Below, piece by piece: positions 38,622 through 43,362 of a DNA stretch of 43,362 nt. The DNA comes from Gammaproteobacteria bacterium (GTDB lineage: Bacteria; Pseudomonadota; Gammaproteobacteria; Burkholderiales; SG8-39). A program made the position numbers and the translations under genes. Under the pieces are notes generated by a model. The model ran no database searches, was not told where the DNA came from, and worked only from the letters and a program-made list of their open reading frames with translations. The stretch covers positions 1 through 43,362 of the forward strand of contig JBGPYQ010000002.1 of the NCBI GenBank assembly GCA_041493345.1, given 5' to 3'. Every line of letters starts with the position of its first letter. Position 1 is the stretch's first letter.

Positions 38622-40403
38622 GTGAAAATGCAACGATCGCTGCTTCTCGCGCTCGGCGCGATCCTGTTCGCACCGATTACGGCGTTGGCGCTGCCGACCT
38701 GCACGGAGCTCAGGGACAACCCCGCGTACGGCTTGGCGGGACGCCCGGACGTCCTCAATCTCACGGCAAGCCTGACGACCACCGGAGCCAACGCCCGCTG
38801 CGAGATCAATTTCATCTATTCGTCGCGGGGCGGGCCGGAATTTGGTTACGACGAAGGCGAGAAGCAACGCGTGGCCATACGGATTGGGCTGCCCCGCAAC
38901 AGCCTCGATGGCGGCACGGGCGGCGTCGAGGGCGCCTGGAATGGACGCACGCGTGCGCTTGGCGGCGGGGGCTGCGTCGGCTCGGTCGGTGCGGTCACTT
39001 CAGCCACCAGCACGGGATACGCAGGCTCCTCGACCGATTCCGGTCACGTCGGCGGCGACTGTCTGTTCGCCCTGCAGCCCACTCCCACCCGGTTGAACGT
39101 CGGCAGGCTTAATGACTTCATCGTCGACAGCCTCCTCGCCCAGGTGCGCTGGTCCAAGGTCATCGCCGAGACCTATTACGGGCTGGTGCCGGCGCGCAAT
39201 TACTGGGATGGCTGCTCGACTGGCGGGCGCCAGGGCTTCGCGCTCGCGCAGAAATATCCGGAAGAGCTGGACGGCTGGCTCGTCGGCGCGCCGGGCGTCA
39301 ATTACGGGCGCTTTCGCCTCGCACAACTCTGGGGACCGATCGCGATGAAGGATCTCGCGGGCGGGCCGATCTCCTCAGCCAAGACCAACCAGGCCACCGC
39401 CTCGGCGACCGCCGCCTGCGATGCTGCTGACGGCGTGATCGACGGCATCATCAACGAGCCGCGCAGCTGCAAGTTCAGCGCCAAAGCCAACGTCTGCGGC
39501 GAGCCGGGCGCGCCGGCGACCAACTGCCTGACGCCGCAGGAGGCTGCCGCGATCGACCTGATCTGGGACGGGCCGCGCAATACCTACGGCAAGCAGGTCT
39601 TTCCGGGACTGTCGCGCGGCGCGCAGATCAGCGCGCTGAGCGGCACCACGCCTTCGCAGACCGCGACCAGCCAGCTGCAGTGGAACCACTCGGATGCGAG
39701 CGTCGACTGGCACACGCTGACGCTGGCAGACTACGGCAGCGAAGCGCAGCTCGGCTCCAATACGACCGGCGACATCATCAACACGAACGACGTACGGCTC
39801 GAGCGCGTGAGGAATGCCGGCAAGAAAATCCTCATGTGGCAGGGCACCGCCGACCAGCTGATCACCGACGCGAACTCGGTGGACTACTACATCCGCGTGG
39901 CCGCGTACTTCGGCAAGGGCACACCGGATTTCGGCGTGCTGCAGCCGTGGTTCCGCTACTTCCGGGCGCCCGGGGTCGCGCATTGCGGCGGCGGCAGCGG
40001 ACCGCAGCCGCAAGCGCTGTTCGAGACGATGGTGAACTGGGTGGAGAATCGCGTCGCGCCAGAAACAATCCTCGCCTCGGGCGGCGGCCGCACGCGCCCG
40101 CTGTGCCCGTTCCCGCAAACCGCCGTCTACAACGGCTCTGGCAACCCGAATCTGGCCAGCAGCTTTACCTGCGGCGGGAACGTGCAGACGAAGGACAACG
40201 TCTGCCAGGCCATCGTCACCAAGTACAAGCACGAGAGCGAAGACGACCTTCAGGCTTACGGCAAGTACAATCCCGCCGCTTGCAACGAGAACTCGAAAGT
40301 GCCGCTCGACGGCCAGCCCGGCACGCATGCCGTGGTCGCCGTGGACTACGCGGCTGACCCGGACGGCATCGACCGCAACGTCAATACCGACAGCAACGAG
40401 TGA
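38622..40403 (+). CDS. Tannase/feruloyl-esterase family alpha/beta hydrolase (MHETase family), secreted
   Basis: It has a signal peptide, the nucleophile motif GCSTGGRQG, ..WQGTADQLI.. (Asp), ..APGVAHCGGG.. (His) and ..RPLCPFPQTAVYNGSGNPNLASSFTC... The start is GTG 38622 or ATG 38628, after an AGGAG SD. Confidence 0.88.
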   Translation: MKMQRSLLLALGAILFAPITALALPTCTELRDNPAYGLAGRPDVLNLTASLTTTGANARCEINFIYSSRGGPEFGYDEGEKQRVAIRIGLPRNSLDGGTGGVEGAWNGRTRALGGGGCVGSVGAVTSATSTGYAGSSTDSGHVGGDCLFALQPTPTRLNVGRLNDFIVDSLLAQVRWSKVIAETYYGLVPARNYWDGCSTGGRQGFALAQKYPEELDGWLVGAPGVNYGRFRLAQLWGPIAMKDLAGGPISSAKTNQATASATAACDAADGVIDGIINEPRSCKFSAKANVCGEPGAPATNCLTPQEAAAIDLIWDGPRNTYGKQVFPGLSRGAQISALSGTTPSQTATSQLQWNHSDASVDWHTLTLADYGSEAQLGSNTTGDIINTNDVRLERVRNAGKKILMWQGTADQLITDANSVDYYIRVAAYFGKGTPDFGVLQPWFRYFRAPGVAHCGGGSGPQPQALFETMVNWVENRVAPETILASGGGRTRPLCPFPQTAVYNGSGNPNLASSFTCGGNVQTKDNVCQAIVTKYKHESEDDLQAYGKYNPAACNENSKVPLDGQPGTHAVVAVDYAADPDGIDRNVNTDSNE

Positions 40404-40414
40404 GGAGCACGACC

Positions 40415-42187
40415 ATGCAACGACGACTGATTGCGTCTTCCGGGATCGCGCTCGGCGCGATGCTGTTAGCACCGGCAACCGCGTTGGCGCAGATGAGCTG
40501 CACGAACCTCGGCGCTTATCTGGCAGCACAGCCGCCTGTGGCTCAGGTCAACGCCACGACGCCTCTGACCACGCTGACATCGACCGGAACGAGCCCCCGC
40601 TGCGAGGCCAACTTCATCTATTCCACGCGCGGCGGCACGGCCGACGGCTACGCTGAGGGCCAGAACCAGCGCATCGTGCTTCGCATCGGCTTGCCACGCA
40701 ACAGCATCGACGGCGGCACGGGAGGCGTGCAGGGCGCCTGGAACGGCAAAGTGCAGAATCTCGGCGGCGGCGGCCTGGTCGGCAATGTCGGCGGGGTCAC
40801 CGCCGCGACCAATGCCGGCTATGTTGGCTCGTCGACCGACTCAGGTCACCCGTCTTCGGAGAACCCCAACTTCGCAGTCGTGCAGGCGACGCATACCCTG
40901 AATTACGGCAGGCTCGACGACTTCCTCATCGAAAGCCTGCGCCAGCAGTACCAATGGGCACTCGGGCTCGGCAAGACCTATTACGGCATGCCCGCCACGC
41001 GCAATTACTGGAACGGCTGCTCGACCGGCGGCCGCCAAGGGCTTTCGCTCGCGTTGAACCACGGCGCAGACTTTGATGGCTTCCTCGTCGGCGCGCCGGC
41101 CAACTACAACACGCGCCTGCAGGTCATGACGCTGTGGCCCTGGTGGGTCAACAAGGACATCGCGAACAATTCCGTCACCAGCGCCAAGTTCGCCGCCGCC
41201 AACGCCTCGGCGATCGCGGCTTGCGACGCCATTGACGGCGTGGTGGACGGCATTCTCGGCGATCCGCGCAAGTGCACTTTCGATGCCAACGCCAACGTCT
41301 GCGGCCAGCCCGGCGCGCCGGCGACCAATTGCCTAACGCCGCAGGAAGCGCAGGCGATCAATATGATGTGGGACGGGGCGCGCAACGACAAGGGAACGCG
41401 CATCTGGTTCCCGTTCGAGCGCGGCGCGAATGCGAGCGTCTCGTCGAGCGCGACCTGCGGCAACCTCGGCTCGCAATGCTGGGCTCACAGGGACACCACG
41501 TTCGACTGGCACCCGCTGCCGCTGTCACAGTTCGACGATGAAACGGAGCTGGCGACCCGGGTGGTCGCTCCCTACAGTGACATCATGAGCACCGCGTTGC
41601 AGGCGGCAAGGGACAGGGGCGCGAAGATCCTGATGTACCACGGCGGCGCCGATCCCCTCATTCCGCATCGCCAGTCGATTCACTACTACAACGAGGCGAT
41701 GGCAACGTTCGGCGGACTCGACCAGTTGACGCCCTGGTTCCGCTTTTTTGTGGCGCCGGGCATGGGCCATTGCAGCGGCGGCGTCGGGCCGCAGCCGCAG
41801 AACCTGTTCGGCGTGCTGGTGGACTGGCTCGAAAACGGCAACGCTCCGGACAGCATTCTCTCGACGAACACGAGCGGCGGGGTCGTCACCCGCAGCCGTC
41901 CGCTTTGCCCGTGGCCGCAGACCGCGATCTACAACGGCTCGAGCGACCCGAACAACGTGAGCAGCTTCCATTGCGGTGGCAACGTCGAAACCAAGGAAAC
42001 CGCCTGTCTCGCGCTGATTGCGAAGTTCCAGAAAGAGACCTCGAACGCCTACGACACGTCCGGACGGCGCAATCCGGCGACCTGCAACGAGAACTCGAAC
42101 GTGCCGCTCGACAAGCTGCTCGATCCCAAGGCGGTGAAGGCGGCGGATATCCCGGCTGACGACGTCGCTGAGCGCGTCGAGGAATAA
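40415..42187 (+). CDS. Tannase/feruloyl-esterase family alpha/beta hydrolase, tandem paralogue
   Basis: ATG 40415 (MQRRLIASSGIALGAMLLAPATALAQ) lies 7 nt after a GAGGAG SD. It has GCSTGGRQG, ..YHGGADPLI.., ..APGMGHCSGG.. and ..RPLCPWPQTAIYNGSSDPNNVSSFHC... Confidence 0.88.
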   Translation: MQRRLIASSGIALGAMLLAPATALAQMSCTNLGAYLAAQPPVAQVNATTPLTTLTSTGTSPRCEANFIYSTRGGTADGYAEGQNQRIVLRIGLPRNSIDGGTGGVQGAWNGKVQNLGGGGLVGNVGGVTAATNAGYVGSSTDSGHPSSENPNFAVVQATHTLNYGRLDDFLIESLRQQYQWALGLGKTYYGMPATRNYWNGCSTGGRQGLSLALNHGADFDGFLVGAPANYNTRLQVMTLWPWWVNKDIANNSVTSAKFAAANASAIAACDAIDGVVDGILGDPRKCTFDANANVCGQPGAPATNCLTPQEAQAINMMWDGARNDKGTRIWFPFERGANASVSSSATCGNLGSQCWAHRDTTFDWHPLPLSQFDDETELATRVVAPYSDIMSTALQAARDRGAKILMYHGGADPLIPHRQSIHYYNEAMATFGGLDQLTPWFRFFVAPGMGHCSGGVGPQPQNLFGVLVDWLENGNAPDSILSTNTSGGVVTRSRPLCPWPQTAIYNGSSDPNNVSSFHCGGNVETKETACLALIAKFQKETSNAYDTSGRRNPATCNENSNVPLDKLLDPKAVKAADIPADDVAERVEE

Positions 42188-42229
42188 GGAGGCACCACGC
42201 TGAGTCTTCGCCAGAAGGTCGCATTCACG

Positions 42230-43150
42230 GGCATCGTGCTCCTTGCCTGGGCTGCCGCATCGCCGCGCGGCTACTCTCGCAGGCCTGCGCAGAGGCGCTG
42301 CCAGGTGGCAGGCCGGGATTGATCCTCTTCGTTCAGACCTTCGGCGATCTGGTCAACTTCAACCCGCACGTACCCGTGCTCGCCACCGACGGAGCATTCC
42401 TGCCCGATGGGCGCTTTGTCACGCTGCCGGCTGTGCCGGGAAGTCTGCTTGGCTAGAGGGCTTTGGGCGTGCGGTGCTGGAGTTTCTGGTCAATAACGAC
42501 GCACTCTCGGAGGGCTTCGCCGCCGCAGGCTTGGCTGGCGCCATTGCGGCTTCGCGAGCGCACGGTGCGAGTGCCGGCCGAGGATGCCGAAGGGAGAAAG
42601 AAACTCGCCGGCACCATGCTGCGCGCCCCGATGTCCCTTGAGAAGATGACCTACGACCCCGCCACGGGCACGCTGAATCTACCGCTCGAAGAGGCCTCTC
42701 GGGTTGAAGCGGAACTTCCAAGTGATGCCGGGGGTTCCAGTGGCTGGCGCTGCTGTGCAAGCACCTTCCCGATCGCTACGAACACCTCGTTCGCTACCTC
42801 GGCGGGTACTCGAACCGGGCACGCGGCGAGCGGGCAAAGGAAGCATCGCCGCACGCCAGTGCCGCGCTCACCTCGCGCCAGGCGAGTAACCCAGCACCGA
42901 GTTCTGCCCGTGCCAAGGCTACGTGGGCGCGGCTGATCCGCAAAGTCTATGAGGCCGATCCCCTGGAATGCCCCCAAAGACGGGGGAGGGACCCTGTCTT
43001 CCCTCCCGGGCCGAAGTGTAAAAAGCGGGCCGATGCGCGTCATCGGGCTTGAATCGAGGATCCGGCAGTCATCCGTCGCATCCTCGAGCACCTGGGGCGG
43101 TGGGCGCCGCGGGCGATGCGACGCACGCTACACGCTGGCCTGCCAGGACC
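42230..43150 (+). mobile_element. IS91-family (Y2/HUH rolling-circle) transposase gene remnant, 5'-truncated and multiply frameshifted
   Basis: Own three-frame reading gives RIAARLLSQACAEALPGGRPGLILFVQTFGDLVNFNPHVPVLATDGAFLPDGRFVTLPAVPGSLL(stop). After a shift comes EGFGRAVLEFLVNNDALSEGF... After another shift comes VRVPAEDAEGRKKLAGTMLRAPMSLEKMTYDPATGT... A further shift gives QWLALLCKHLPDRYEHLVRYLGGYSNRARGE...KATWARLIRKVYEADPLECP.., and a final shift gives IEDPAVIRRILEHLGRWAP. All of these are typical C-terminal IS91-transposase segments. Confidence 0.7.
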
Positions 43151-43154
43151 TCAC

Positions 43155-43362
43155 ATGAACGAGTTGCCGCTTAATCGACCTGTACCACCCAAGGCTCCGC
43201 CTGCTACTACCAGCTTCGCGCTATGGAACCTGGGTTTTCGCCCGTTTTACCTGCTGGCCAGCATCTTCAGTGCCATCAGCGTGCTGCTTTGGGCAGCGCA
43301 GTTCTCAGGCTACCTTCCTTCCGCGTACCTGCAGGGGCCGGTATGGCACGGCCACGAAATGC
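43155..43362 (+). CDS. nnrS: NnrS-family membrane protein, 5' part only (runs off window)
   Basis: Own translation from ATG 43155 gives MNELPLNRPVPPKAPPATTSFALWNLGFRPFYLLASIFSAISVLLWAAQFSGYLPSAYLQGPVWHGHEM. The ..LGFRPF(F/Y)L.. and ..WH.HEM.. segments are NnrS hallmarks. Confidence 0.75.
   Translation, partial: MNELPLNRPVPPKAPPATTSFALWNLGFRPFYLLASIFSAISVLLWAAQFSGYLPSAYLQGPVWHGHEM

Overview
This is a 43.4-kb chromosomal window with high G+C (high-60s % by eye, not computed). The organism looks proteobacterial, with a Burkholderiales-style expansion of Bug/TctC solute receptors; the taxon is inference only. I can support about 39 protein-coding genes, 4 gene remnants and several families of palindromic repeats. 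I saw no rRNA, tRNA or CRISPR array. Content from left to right: (1) A carboxylate-catabolism block (Ldh_2 dehydrogenase, HpcH aldolase, class II aldolase, TauD/TfdA dioxygenase, FAH hydrolase, FMN alpha-hydroxy-acid oxidase) interleaved with Bug receptors. (2) A ~2-kb lower-G+C insert with a convergent type II restriction-modification pair: a wHTH-fused beta-class DPPY methyltransferase and a PD-ExK nuclease. (3) An uninterrupted run of five periplasmic solute-receptor genes (4 Bug + 1 TAXI) with no permease genes. (4) SDR / LigI-like amidohydrolase / Bug modules. (5) A ~6.2-kb cassette bracketed by ~156-bp direct repeats. It encodes a DarA/DarB-like (dialkylresorcinol-type) pair, a small HTH protein, a BtrH_N/DUF4872-like protein and an ABC-2 exporter, followed by an hrpA 3' stub abutting an ISL3 transposase 5' stub. 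(6) A DUF2846-beta-barrel outer-membrane protein, a coiled-coil membrane protein, a CHASE-like GGDEL cyclase, an orphan ParB-like protein and a two-subunit IorAB-type molybdoenzyme. (7) A low-G+C patch with an orphan Kelch-like propeller protein and a hydantoinase-B stub. (8) Two tandem tannase/feruloyl-esterase (MHETase-family) paralogues, a multiply frameshifted IS91-family transposase remnant and the start of an NnrS gene. Two sequence-level observations stand out. First, a palindromic REP/MITE-like element is inserted in frame, exactly at the signal-peptide/mature-protein junction, in 4 of the 10 Bug paralogues. Second, the DarAB-like cassette is bracketed by long direct repeats. All family assignments come from motif recognition by eye, not from database searches.
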